Origin: Mobula hypostoma
Lineage: Eukaryota
Assembly: GCF_963921235.1 (NCBI RefSeq)
Contig: NC_086126.1
Location: forward strand, 16,368,001 to 16,432,000
Length of the DNA stretch: 64,000 nucleotides
Direction: 5' to 3'
Made by a program: the position numbers and the translations under genes. Positions 37,776 through 50,900 of this stretch are shown in pieces (the first letter of the stretch is position 1; every line of letters starts with the position of its first letter). The notes below the pieces were generated by a model. That model was given only the letters and a program-made list of their open reading frames with translations. It ran no database searches and was not told the DNA's origin.

Positions 37776-40700
37776 GATTCGTTTCCAAGCCTCTCAATTT
37801 GGACCTTCTGAGGATCCCAGGTACTCACATTTTATTGACTCTGCCTCTTGCCGCTTCTCCCGTCAAGCTCTGAAGGCGACGCTCTCCACCATGAGGAGGT
37901 ACTTGGTGTCCCTATCCCAGACCCTTCCACACCTTCGGGACACTTTCTTCGCCGTCTGTAATGGTCCTACCCGTTATTTCATCCTCCGTCGGATCCACGC
38001 CTGCAATCGCCGTTTTTTTGACTTTGTCATGTTAGGCAAAGATCGCAAGATCTTACATCTACGGACTCCAGAGCCTGCCGGCCCCGACGCTAGCAGGCAT
38101 GAACTTTCAATTGCGGCCCCTGCCATTGATCTCGGCGGCTCCAACACCTCAGGACATATTCAAAACCCGGACTCCAGCAACGACCATGGACACATTCACA
38201 GCGATTGCGCAACCACCAACTGCGACTCCAGCCTTGAACTCCAGGCCGGGTCTTTATGTGCTGCTGTTGTGACTCCCGTCTCCCCTTCCCCCACCACCAC
38301 TCCGCAGCCCCGTCTTCCTCAGATCCCACCGTCAGCTCCTGGGCCCTCAGAGGCTCCATCTTCCTCTCACCCCAACCCTCCCCTCTCCATTGACACCCCC
38401 AGCCTCCCCCCTCCCCCCTCTGATCCCAGCTCTCATCCGTGCCGGGTCTTTACCATCCCCTCCGACCTTCAACTGTCGGAGGCAGAACGCTCTGTTCTCA
38501 GTAAGGGCCTCACGTTTGTCCCCCTTCGCCCACACCTCAGCGAGTTCCGCGTTCGCCACGATGCGGAACTTTTCTTCCACCGTCTCCGTCTCCGAGCCTA
38601 CTTCTTCGGCAAGGACTCTTCCACCCTCACCGATGACCCCTTCTCTCGTCTTCAACCCTGCTCTTCTTTATGGACACCCCGCTCTGGTCTTCTGCCTGCT
38701 CTGGATCTCTTTATTGCCAACTGCCGACGGGACATCAACCGTCTCGACTTCACCACACCTTGTCCCCATTCCAACCTCACTCCTTCGGAACGCTCTGCTC
38801 TCCATTCCCTCCGCACTAATCCTAACATTATTATTAAACCCGCTGATAAAGGGGGTGCTGTTGTAGTCTGGCGTACTGACCTCTACCTTGCCGAGGCACA
38901 GCGACAACTCGCGGATACCTCCTCTTATTTACCCCTCGATCGTGACCCCACTAAGGAGCACCAGGCCATTGTCTCCCACACTATCAACGACTTTATCCGC
39001 TCAGGGGATCTCCCATCCACTGCTACCAACCTTATAGTTCCCACACCCCGCACTTCCCGTTTCTACCTCCTACCCAAGATCCACAAACCTGCCTGTCCTG
39101 GCCGACCTATTGTCTCAGCTTGCTCCTGCCCCACCGACCTCGTTTCTGCATACCTCGACACTGTTTTATCACCCCTTGTTCAATCCCTTCCGACCTATGA
39201 TCGTGACACTTCTCACGCTCTTAAACTTTTCGATGATTTTAAGTTCCCTGGCCCCCACCGCTTTATTTTCACCATGGATGTCCAGTCCTTATATACTTCC
39301 ATCCCCCATCAGTAAGGTCTCAAAGCTCTACGCTTCTTTTTGGATTCCAGACCTAATCAGTTCCCCTCTACCACCACTCTGCTCCGTCTAGCGGAATTAG
39401 TCCTTACTCTTAATAATTTCTCCTTTTGCTCCTCCCATTTCCTCCAAACTAAAGGTGTAGCTATGGGCACCCGTATGGGTCCTAGCTATGCCTGCCTTTT
39501 TGTTGGGTTTGTGGAACAATCTATGTTCCGTGCCTATTCTGGTATCTGTCCCCCACTTTTCCTTCGCTACATCGACGACTGCATTGGCGCTGCTTCCTGC
39601 ACGCATGCAGAACTCGTTGACTTTATTAACTTTGCCTCCAACTTTCACCCTGCCCTCAAGTTTACCTGGTCCATTTCCGACACCTCCCTCCCCTTTCTAG
39701 ATCTTTCTGTCTCTGTCTCTGGAGACAGCTTATCCACTGATGTCTACTATAAGCCTACTGACTCTCACAGCTATCTGGACTATTCCTCTTCTCACCCTGT
39801 CTCTTGCAAAAACGCCATCCCCTTCTCGCAATTCCTCCGTCTCCGCCGCATCTGCTCTCAGGATGAGGCTTTTCATTCTAGGACGAGGGAGATGTCTTCA
39901 TTTTTTAAAGAAAGGGGCTTCCCTTCCTCCACTATCAACTCTGCTCTTAAACGCATCTCCCCCATTTCACGTACATCTGCTCTCACTCCATCCTCCCACC
40001 ACCCCACTAGGAATAGGGTTCCCCTGGTCCTCACCTACCACCTCACCAGCCTCCGGGTCCAACATATTATTCTCCGTAACTTCCGCCACCTCCAACGGGA
40101 TCCCACCACTAAGCACATCTTTCCCTCCCCCCTCTCTCTGCATTCCGCAGGGATCGCTCCCTACACAACTCCCTTGTCCATTCGTCCCCCCCATCCCTCC
40201 CCACTGATCTCCCTCCTGGCACTTATCCGTGTAAGCGGAACAAGTGCTACACATGCCCTTACACTTCCTCCCTTACCACCATTCAGGGCCCCAAACAGTC
40301 CTTCCAGGTGAGGCATCACTTCACCTGTAAGTCGACTGGGGTGATATACTGCGTCCGGTGCTCCCGATGTGGCCTTTTATATATTGGTGAGACCCAACGC
40401 AGACTGGGAGACCGCTTTGCTGAACATCTACGCTCTGTCCGCCAGAGAAAGCAGGATCTCCCAGTGGCCACACATTTTAATTCCACATCCCATTCCCATT
40501 CTGACATGTCTATCCACGGCCTCCTCTACTGTAAAGATGAAGCCACACTCAGGTTGGAGGAACAACACCTTATATTCCGTCTGGGTAGCCTCCAACCTGA
40601 TGGCATGAACATTGACTTCTCTAACTTCCGCTAGGCCCCACCTCCCCCTCGTACCCCATCTGTTACTCATTTTTATGCACACATTCTTTCTCTCACTCTC

Positions 40701-41059
40701 CTTTTTCTCCCTCTGTCCCTCTGAATATACCTCTTGCCCATCCTCTGGGTCACCCCCCCCCGTCTTTCTTCCCGGACCTCCTGTCTCATGATCCTCTCGT
40801 ATCCCCTTTTGCCTATCACCTGTCCAGCTCTCGGCTCTATCCCTCCCCCTCCTGTCTTCTCCTATCATTTTGCATCTCCCCCTCCCCCTCCAGCTTTCAA
40901 ATCCCTTACTCACTCTTCTTTCAGTTAGTCCTGACGAAGGGTCTCGGCCTGAAACGTCGACCGCGCCTCTTCCTATAGATGCTGCTTGGCCTGCTGCGTT
41001 CACCAGCAACTTTGATGTGTGTTGCTTGAATTTCCAGCATCTGCAGAATTTCTGTTGTT
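37776..41059 (+). mobile_element. Penelope-like element (Neptune type): RT plus GIY-YIG endonuclease, 10-bp TSD
   Basis: KPADKGGAVVVW, FYLLPKIHK, MDVQSLYTSIP, GVAMGT, RYIDD; Cys linker CKRNKCYTC; VIYCVRC..LYIGET. Stop at 39313 and frameshift near 40130. TSD TCCCTTTAGA at 37766-37775 and 41060-41069. Confidence 0.95.
40928..40961 (+). ncRNA. Minimal type I hammerhead ribozyme motif in the Penelope 3' terminal repeat
   Basis: GTC (stem I) - CTGACGA - A - GGG/TCTCGG/CCT (stem II) - GAAAC - GTC (cleavage triplet) - GAC (stem I). Stem III is reduced to palindromic ACGT. Confidence 0.8.
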
Positions 41060-42351
41060 TCCCTTTAGAATTTTATATGTTTCAATCAGATCCCCCCTCA
41101 ACCTTCTAAATTCCAGAGAGTATAAGCCTAGCCGATCCAGTCTTTCATCATATGAAAGTCCTGCCATCCCAGGAATCAATCTGGTGAACCTTCTTTGTAC
41201 TCCCTCTATGGCAACAATGTCTCTCCTCAGATTAGGGGACCAAAACTCCACACAATACTCCAGGTGTGGTCTCACCAAGGCCTTGTACAACTGCAGTAGT
41301 ACCTCCCTGCTCCTGTACTCGAATCCTCTTGCTATGAATGCCAGCATACCATTCGTCTTTTTCACTGCCTGCTGTACCTGCATGCCCACTTTCAATGACT
41401 GGTGTACAATGACACCCAGGTCTCGTTGCACCTGCCCTTTTCCTAATCGGCCACCATTCAGATAATAATCTGTTTTCTTGTTTTTGCCACCAAGGTGGAT
41501 AACTTCACATTTATCCACATTAAATTGCCTCTGCCATGAATTTGCCCACTCACCTTAACCTCTCCAAGTCACCCTACATCCTCTTAGCATCCTCCTCACA
41601 GCTAACACTGCCGACCAGCTTTGTGTCATCCGCAAACTTGGAGATGCTGCATTTAATTCTCTCGTCTAAGTCATTAATATATATTGTAAACAACTGTGGT
41701 CCCAGCACTGAGCCTTGCGGTACCCCACTAGTCACTGCCTGCCATTCTGAAAAGGTCCCGTTTATTCCCACTCTTTGCTTCCTGTCCGCCAGCTAATTCT
41801 CTATCCACATCAATACCTTACCCCCAATACCGTGTACTTTAAGTTTGCACACTAATCTCCTGTGTGGGACCTTGTCAAAAGCCTTTTGAAAATCCGAACA
41901 TACCACATCCACTGGTTCTCCCCTATCCACTCTACTAGTTACATCCTCAAAAAATTCTATGAGATTCGTCAGACATGATTATCTTTTCACTAATCCATGC
42001 TGACTTCGTCCAATGATTTCAATGCTTTCCAAATGTGCTGTTATCACATCTTTGATAACTGACTCTAGCATTTTCCCCACCACCGATGTCAGGTTTACCG
42101 GTCTATAATTCCCCGGTTTCTCTCTCCCTCCTTTTTTAAAAAGCGGGGTTACATTAGCCACCCTCCAATCCTCAGGAACTAATCCAGAATCTAAAGAGTT
42201 TTGAAAAATTATCACTGAGGCATCCACCATTTCTTGGGCTACTTCCTTAAGCACTCTGGGATGCAGACCATCTGGCCCTGGGCATTTTTCTGCCTTTAAT
42301 CCCTTCAATCTACCTAACACCACTCCCCTACTAACATGTATTTCCCTCAGT

Positions 42352-42654
42352 TACTCCACGGTTTGAGGATAAAGGCAAAGCCTTTTAGGACTGAGATTAG
42401 AAAAAACTTCTTCACACAGAGAGTGGTGAATCTGTGGAATTCTCTGCCACAGGAAACAGTTGAGGCCAGTTCATTGGCTATATTTAAGAGGGAGTTAGAT
42501 ATGGCCCTTGTGGCTAGGGGGATCAGAGGGTATGGAGGGAAGGCTGGTGCAGGGTTCTGAGTTGGATGATCAGCCATGATCATAATAAATGGCGGTGCAG
42601 GCTCGAAGGGCCGAATGGCCTACTCCTGCACCTATTTTCTATGTTTCTATGTTT
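42352..42654 (+). mobile_element. CR1 3' end inserted antisense into a related CR1
   Basis: Ends in TTTTCTATGTTTCTATGTT; reverse complement closely matches 37410-37690. Confidence 0.85.
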
Positions 42655-43559
42655 CCATCTCACTGGACCCTCGGTCCTCTACTATTTCCGGAATATTATT
42701 TATGTCCACCTTAGTGAAGACAGAAGCAAAGTAGTTATTCAATTGGTCTGCCATGTCCTTGTTCCCCATGATCAATTCACCTGTTTCTGACTGTAAGGGA
42801 CCTACATTTGTCTTACCCAATCTTTTTCTTTTCACATATCTATAAAAGCTTTTACAGTCACTTTTTATGTTCCCTGCCAGCTTTCTCTCATAATCTTTTT
42901 TCTCTTTCCTAATTAAGCCCTTTGTCCTCCTCTGCTGGACTCTGAATTTCTCCCAGTCCTCAGGTGTGCCGCTTTTTCTGGCTAATTTGTATGTTTCTTC
43001 TTTGGAATTGATACTATCCCTAATTTCCCTTGACAGCAAGGGGTGCACTAACTTCCCTGGTTTATTCTTCTGCCAAACTGGGATGAACAACTGGTGTGAA
43101 TACTTTTCATAGGAACTTTACATGTAGGGACAGTGATGGTGAGAGTGGGAGGGAAAGAAGACATGGGGAGGAGTGGCCTCAAGATCCTGAGATGTGATCG
43201 AAGGCTTTCAAGGAAATATTAAATCAAAGAACATACAGAGGCAAGGGCTGGTGGTAGACAAGAGAATCAGGAATTTTCTAGGAACCAGTGATGAGATAAA
43301 AGCTAAAAGTAACAAGGAACACTCAGAGAAGTTAACTCAATAATTTGCATTAGTGTGCACAGTGGGTCACAGCAAACATCCCACAGATATCTAACGGTGA
43401 CATTTCAACATTGTGCCATAATGTGTAACGATCGCCATCACAAGGGAGAAACTAATGGGACTAAAAGCAAACATTACTTGGTCCCAATGACCTGCACTGG
43501 AGGGTTTCACAGGAAGTCTGGAGAGAAAGTAGAGAAAGTGAAGTTTGTCAAAACTCACT

Positions 43560-46150
43560 GTTACAGAAAGGTCCCAGCGGAGTCGAAAACCATTGTTGAA
43601 GAAGGGTGGAAGATGAAAAGCAGGTAACTGTAGTCCTGTTAACTTCACTTCAGCTACTGGAGTCTATAATCTATGAAGAAATAACAAATTGTTTGGAAAA
43701 GTTTAATGTCAACACGGTCTACAGTCAGATTCATACAGATTCCTCGATGACCAAAGCTCCCATCTGAGCTTGTGGTCTGTAACTCCCTCACCACCACATT
43801 ATGAACAAGGTTATCCTCCTCCTTGTCCCATTTCTCTGCATTTGGCCCATGTACTCAAAACCTTTCCTTTCCATCTACCTGTCCAAGTGCCTTTATAATG
43901 TACCTGATTCAACCACTCCCCCTCGCAGCTCATTCCATTTACTGACCAGCCTCCAGGTCCCTCATGATTTTATACACCTCTGCAATATCAGCACTCATTC
44001 TCCAACATTCCAGGGAACATTGTCCGAAACACCTTTCCACAAATCCTTTGAGATCCAGTAACATCCCCGTAAATCTCCTCTGTACTCTATCCAGCTTAAT
44101 GGTGTCTGTCATACAGCAGAGTCACTAAAACTAAACACTATTTGCGAAATGCGGCCAAACTAACGTGTTGGACAACTGCAACATTTCATCCCAGCTTCTA
44201 TATTCGGTGCCCTGACTGAAGGCCAGTGTTCCAAAAGCCTCTTCACCACCCTGTCCATCTGGAACCTGGTCTTAGACCCTGTAACTGGGTTGAATGTTAA
44301 GTGATGTTTGACAAACATACCAGAGATTTGAGACTTTACAGGGGAAGTTGGAGAAGTGGTGCTTTTGGATTTTCGGAAGCCATCTGCGAAGATGCCACGT
44401 GTAAGGCTGGTGCACAAGACCAGAGCTCAGTACTGGGAAGGAAGTGTGTTAATACTGACTGAAGACTGGTCATCATACTGAGACAGAATAACAGGTCTGT
44501 TTCAGACTGGGATGATATAACTAGTGGAGTTTCCCAGTGACCAGTTCTGGATCATCAATGATTTATTATTGATATTAATGACCCAGAGGAGGGAGGTCAA
44601 TGACAGGGAATGTGGTGGGGGACATGTTGTGATTGGACATTTAGTCTCTCCAACAGGATAAGAAGAAGCAGGTGAGCAGAATACTTGGTAAATGGAGTTT
44701 AATGTGGTGAAGTCTGATGGCATGTAGAGTGGTAGGAGGAATCAAAAGTCAGACTGTGATTTATGTGGAGATAAATTGTAAATGAGAGAAATAGAGAGGG
44801 GTCGAGGTGCTGAACTACACAACAAAATAGAGACGGGAGCAGTGAGTGGTTCATAAAACCATATATGAGCAAGGTTCAGAGGTGAATGGTTCATTGACAT
44901 TTACTGCTGGGGTGTTGGTGCAGAGAAACAGAGGAGTGTTGTTACTGTGACAGACAAGTGCACAATGATGGATTTTGGGAAGTTAAAGCAGGTCAGGACG
45001 TACCCAGTGAATGGAGGGTCCTGAGGAGTGTTGATGAAAGAGAAACCTGGGGCACAGGTACGTAACTCCCTGAAAGTGCCAACACAGGTAGACAAGGTGG
45101 TGAAGAAGGAGCACGACATGCTTGTCTTCATCGGCAAAGGCTCTGAGAGGAGTTGGAACATCACATTACAGTTGTACAAATGAATAATGACACCACACCA
45201 GGAGTACCCTGTGCAGTTCTGGTCACATGAGAGGAAGGATGTGATTAAGCTGGAAAGGCACAGAAACAATTCACAGGAATGTTACCTGGACTGGGGGCTT
45301 GAGTTACAAGGAAAGATCAGACCGACTGGGACTGTCTTCCCTGGAGTGAAGGAGACTGAGAGGAGACCTGACAGAAGTTTATAAAACTATGAGAGGTGCA
45401 GACAAGGTAGACAGGCAGAATCATTTTGCCAGGGTAGAAATATCAACTATGAGAAGGTGCAGCTTTAAAATGCCAGGGTGAGAATTTAAAGGTGGATGTT
45501 AGGGCAGGTAAGATTTCTGTTTCCGTACAGAGAGTGGTGAGGGCCGGGTATGGGCTGCCATGGGGAGTGGTGTTAGCAGATATGATAATGACATTTAACA
45601 GGGTTTTAGACAAGTCCATGAATATTCAGAGAATTGAAGCACATGAATTATAAGCAGGCAGAAGAGGTTTAGTTTCATTTGGCATCATGTTCAGCACAGA
45701 CATCACGGGAAGAAGGGTCTGTTCCTGTGCTGTACTTATCTGTGTTCTCGGTGAGCCTCAGTGACAGTGGAGTCTTTAGCCGGGGTCACAGACAGGTGTA
45801 TCTGTGGTAAGGAGAGAGACTGCAGGATGGTGCATTACCTCCCTGGTACCAGGGTCGAGGATGGAACTGAACAAGTACAGGCCATTCTGAAAGGGCAGGG
45901 TGAGCAGCCAGAGGTCGTGGTCCATATTGGCTCTAACAAAAGAGACAAAGTCCTGCAAAGGGAACTTAGGGAGTTGAGGAAAAAGTTAAGTAGAAACTCT
46001 GTGGTGGTGGTGGGGGTAATCCCAGTGTCAGCCGCTAGCGAGGGAAGCAATACAAAGGTGGTACAGTTATATGTGTGGCTCACGAGCTGGTGCAGGACGG
46101 CGGGTTTTAGTTACATGGATCATTGGGCTCTCCTTCAGGACAGGTGATGG
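43560..46150. mobile_element. Decayed CR1 fragments including an ORF1 esterase piece
   Basis: 45187..45384 TPHQEYPVQFWS; 45761..46147 YLPGTRVED..EVVVHIGSN. Confidence 0.65.
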
Positions 46151-46224
46151 GAAGAGTAAGAGGTCAGTAACTGGCATTGACGGATGTGGATTAACACAGG
46201 AAGCAAGTCCAAATGGATAAATGA

Positions 46225-46655
46225 CAGTGTCTCAGTAGCATTACAAGTGCACAGATATACAAATATCAGAAGAGAAGCAAGAGAAAGAATATAAAGTAAG
46301 TTACCTCCAACAGTCTAACGTGGGGGGGGGGGTCATCACTTCCCCGGCTATAGGTTGACTCATTATTGACCCTGACGGCCCAGTGTAAGAATGACTTCAG
46401 ATGACTTCATACAGCGCTCCTTGGAGCAGCAGAGTTGTCTTAGTCTGTTACTGAAGGTGCTCCTCTGTTCAGCCAAGATGGCATGCAGAGGGTGAGAAAC
46501 ATTGTCCAGAATTGCCAGGATTTTCCGTAGGGTCCTTTGTCCTACCACGGCCTCCAGTGTGTCCAGCTTGACTCATATAACAGAGCCAGCCTTTCCAATC
46601 AGTTTATTGAGTCGGATGGCATTACCCATGTTAGTGCCATTGGCCCAGTACACAC
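46225..46655 (-). mobile_element. Rex1/Babar 3' fragment
   Basis: ILAILDNVSHPLH..FSNRLRQLCC (46363..46548). Confidence 0.7.
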
Positions 46656-47914
46656 ACTGATCATGCAGAATGTCATAAGGTCAAGGTCATCCCAGAGGCT
46701 CATCCAGTAAGATAATCTGTATAGAAATCAGGAATAAGAAAGGTGCAATCACTATGATAGGGTTATACTGTAGGTCTCCCAATAGCCAGTAAGAGACAGA
46801 AACAGATATGTTAGCAGGTTATGGGATGATGTAAAAACTACAGAGTAGATTTGGTGAGTGAATATCTCCTCAGAGTAACTGGGATTCCCTTACACCCTGA
46901 GGCTTGGATGGAGCATTATTTGTGTTCAGGAAGGTTTCCTGAAACAATATGTGGTCCACCAGGGAGGGGGACATTCTTGACTTCACCTTGGGAAATATGG
47001 GACTCAGCAGAATGGTGGCAGGAACAACCAGTGTTCAAAGAGGAATTAGACAGGTCCTTCAGGGGAAATGACCTGCAGTGCTGTGGGGACAGAGTGGGGA
47101 ATGGGACTGTGGAAATGTTGTAGCAGGAGTTGGTATTAACTTGATGGGTCAAATAGTCTCGACGATCACAGAATGATTCTCTACCCAATAATAGTTGAAA
47201 AAATCATTCTAGTCGCCAGTGAATCTTCCAAGCTCCAGGATGGACAAGATCAATTGTGTAATAAGGACACACTTCTGTCGAAACACTGACACTGTATACC
47301 AAGCACACTGAGCTGCCAGAGCACAGCACCGGCCAGTGAGGACACAGACCAGTACAACACCCGGCTCTCTACTACAAAGTACAAAGCTGAAAGTAAATGT
47401 ATTATCAAAATACATTTCTGTCACCATATGCAACCCTGAGATTAGTTTTCTTGTGGGCATACTGCTGGTTTGTTAGAGCAGTTGGGGAGGGTTTAAACTA
47501 ATTTCGCAGGGGCGTGGGAACAGGTGTGAAAGGATGCAAGATAAACAGATGGTAAAAAAGCAAAGATAGCATGCAGTCAGGAAGGGCAGGCAGATGATAG
47601 GACATAAATGCAGCCAGCAGGGTGAGTATCAGTGCATGAGGGATGCAGAAACAATTATGGTAGCAAATGCAGAACTCAAACTGTCATATCTCAATACCCA
47701 GAGTATACTAAATAAGGTGGATAATCTTATTACCCTATTATGGATTGTCATGTTTAATGTTGTGACCATCACTGAATCACGGCTGAAGGATGTTTGTAGT
47801 TGGGAGCAAAATGCCCCAGGTTACACGTATCAGAGGGACAGGAAGGTAGGCAATGGGGATGGCGTGGCTCTGCTGGTAAAGAATGGTAACAAATCGGTAG
47901 AAAGATATGACAAA

Positions 47915-50900
47915 GGAAGCATGTCTGTGAGGCCGGTGTTCTGTACTCGGTGTCAGATGTGGAAAGTTCTGGAGTCTCCCAGCCTCCTGGACGGGACTAT
48001 CCGCACCTGGTGTGTCGAGCTGCAGCTCCCAAGGGATTGCATTAGGGAACGGGAGTTGCAGCTCGTTGACCTTCGTCTGGTCAGGGAGAGCGAGGAGGTG
48101 ATTGAAGGGAGTCATAGGCAGGTGGTCGAACCGGGACCACAGGAGACAGACAAGTGGTTAAGAGTCAGGAGAGGGAAGGGGAAGAGTCAGGTACCAGAGA
48201 GTAGCCCTGTGGCTGTCCCCCTGTACAATAAGTAGTCCTGTTTGAGTACTGTTGGGGGGGGGGGGGAGGAACAGCCTACCTGGGGAAGCAACAGCGGCCG
48301 AGCCTTTGGCACAGAGTCCGGCCCTGTGGCTCAGAAGGGCAGAGAAAGGAAGAGAAAGGCCGTAGTGATGGGGGACTCTTTAGTTAGGCGATTCTGTAGA
48401 CGCAGGAAAGAAACACGAATGGTAGTTTACCTCCCAGATGCCAGGCTCCGGGAAGTTTCAGATCACGTCCAAAATATCCTGCAGTGGATTGGAGAACAGT
48501 CAGAGGTCGTGGTACATATTGGTACCATTGACATAGGTAGGAAAAGGGAGGAGGTCCTGAAAACAGACTACAGGGAGTTAGGAAGGAAGTTGAGAAGCAG
48601 GAGGGCAAAGGTAGTAATCTCGGGATTACTGCCTGTGCCACGTGACGGTGAGTACAGGAATAGAATGAGGTGGAGGATAAATGCGCGGCTGAGGGATTGA
48701 AGCAGGGGGCAGGAATTCAGATTTCTGGATCACTGGGACCTCTTTTGGGGCAGCGGTGACCTGTACAAAAAGGACGCGTTGCACTTGAATCCCATGGGGA
48801 CCAATATCTTGCGGGGAGGTTTGCTATTGGGGAGAGTTTAAACTAGAACTGTTGGGGGGTGGGAGCCGAATTGAAGAGACTGGGGAAGAGGCGGTTGGCT
48901 TACAAATAGAGAAAGCTTGGAGACAGTGTGTGAGGGAGGACAGACAAGTGATAGAGAAGGTACGTGCTCAGACCAACAGTTTGAAATGTGTCTATTTTAA
49001 CGCAAGGAGTATTGTGAACAAAGCGGATGAGCTTAGAGCATATATCACTACTTGGAGCTATGATGTGGTGGCCATTACAGAGACTTGGATGGCTCAGGGA
49101 CAGGAATGGTTACTTCAAGTGCTGGGTTTTAGATGTTTCAGGAAGGACAGGGAGGGAGGCCAAAGGGGTGGGGGCGTGGCACTGTTGATCCGAGATAGTG
49201 TCATGGCTGCAGAAAAGGTGGACGTTATGAGGGGATTGTCTACAGAGTCTCTGTGGGTGGAGGTTAGGAACAGTAAGGGGTCAATTACTCTACTGGATGG
49301 TTTTCATAGGCCACCCAATAGTAACAGGGATATCGAGGAGCAGATAGGGAAACAGATCCTGGAAAGATGTAATAATAACAGAGTTGTAGTGGTGGGAGAT
49401 TTTAATTTCACAAATATCGATTGGCATCTCCCTAGAGCAAGGGGTGTAGATAGGGTGGAGTTTGTTAGGTGTGTTCAGGAAGGTTTCTTGACACAATATG
49501 TAGATAAGACTACAAGAGGAGAGACTGTACTTGATTTGGTATTCGGAAATGAACCTTGTCAGGTGTCAGTCCTCTCAGTGGGAGAGCATTTTGGAGATAG
49601 TGATCATAATTCTATCTCCTTTGCAATAGCATTGGAGAGAGATAGGAACAGACAAGTTAGAAAAGCGATTAATTGGAGTAAGGGGAATTATAAGGCTATC
49701 AGGCAGGAACTCGGAAGCTTAAATTGGGAACTGATGTTCTCAAGGAAAGGTACGGGAGAAATGTGGCAAATGTTCAGGGAATACTTGTGTTGTTATGTGT
49801 GTTGCCAAGCAGAGCTACCAGACGGATGATGCTAATGAGAGAGATAATGGAAGACAATGGAGAAACATATTGACAGACCGTTTGCTTTGAAGCTGAACTG
49901 TTTGAAGTTTGATGGACAGGTGATACCCCAGGAGGATAAAAAGAGCAGGTTTGCTAAGGCACGAGACATGCCACGAGACCCTGGAAAGGGCAGTGTGCCC
50001 CCACAAGTTGGTGGAAGTTTGGAGGACCGGTTCACGGGAATTGGTCAGAGGCTCTCAGGGTGTGTATCCGCACTTGCCTGAGTGCCGGATTCACTGCGGA
50101 AGAACGATCGTATTCGGAACGGAGGGGTCACAGTCGGTGACCACAGCGGGATCAGAAGATATCAAAAGGTCTGCCCGAAACCAACTGCATCTCTATATAT
50201 CTCTCTCCCTCCGTCCCTCCCTCCAACGGTACAACAACAGCGATTACTTCGAACTGAACTGAACTCTGCTTAAGACTGATCCTTTTACCCCTAGACTGCA
50301 ATAGAGATTGGTTGATTCCTATTACCCTATTTCTGTGTATATGTGGGTATTATCATTGCTAACCTGTTACATTTATATCCTTGCGATTAGTGTACTGTAT
50401 TACTTATTTCTTCAAAAAAATTTATTAGTTCCTAGTAATCACAGACTCCAACAAGCATTCCATTTCTGCTGGTTTGGCAACCCAGTTACGGGGTACGTAA
50501 TAGTGTGGAGTTCTGCATAGGTATGTTCCAATGAGACGGAGAAGTTATGGTAGGGTACAGGAACTGTGGTGTACAAAAAAGGCTGTAGTAAATCTAGACA
50601 AGAAGAAAAGAAAAGCTTACAAAAGGTTCAGAGGGTGAGGTAATGTCAGAGATCGAGAAGATTGTCAGGCTAACAGGAAGGAGCTTAAGAATGAAATTAG
50701 GAGAGCCAGAAGGGGCCATGAGAAGTCCTTGGTGGGCAGGATTAAGGAAAGCCGCAAGGCATTCTACAAGTATGTGAAGAGCAAGAGGATACGACGTGAA
50801 AGGATAAAACCTATCAAGTGTGACAGTGGGAAAGTGTGTATGGAACCGGAGGAAATAAAAGAGATACTTAATGAATACTTTACTTCAATATTCACTACAG

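Larger units (their letters stand above)
37409..43092 (-). mobile_element. CR1 LINE interrupted by Penelope and by an antisense CR1 3' fragment
   Basis: (TTTCTATG)n tail at 37410. RT peptides GVPQGSVLGPQLF..KFADDTK (41574..41771), NYRPVNLTSVVGKMLE, LVRPHLEYC. Confidence 0.92.

Noticed and set aside
39313-39315. Selenocysteine or readthrough recoding in the Penelope ORF
   Set aside because: The stop is TAA, not TGA, and the second copy has GAA here; a simple nonsense mutation.
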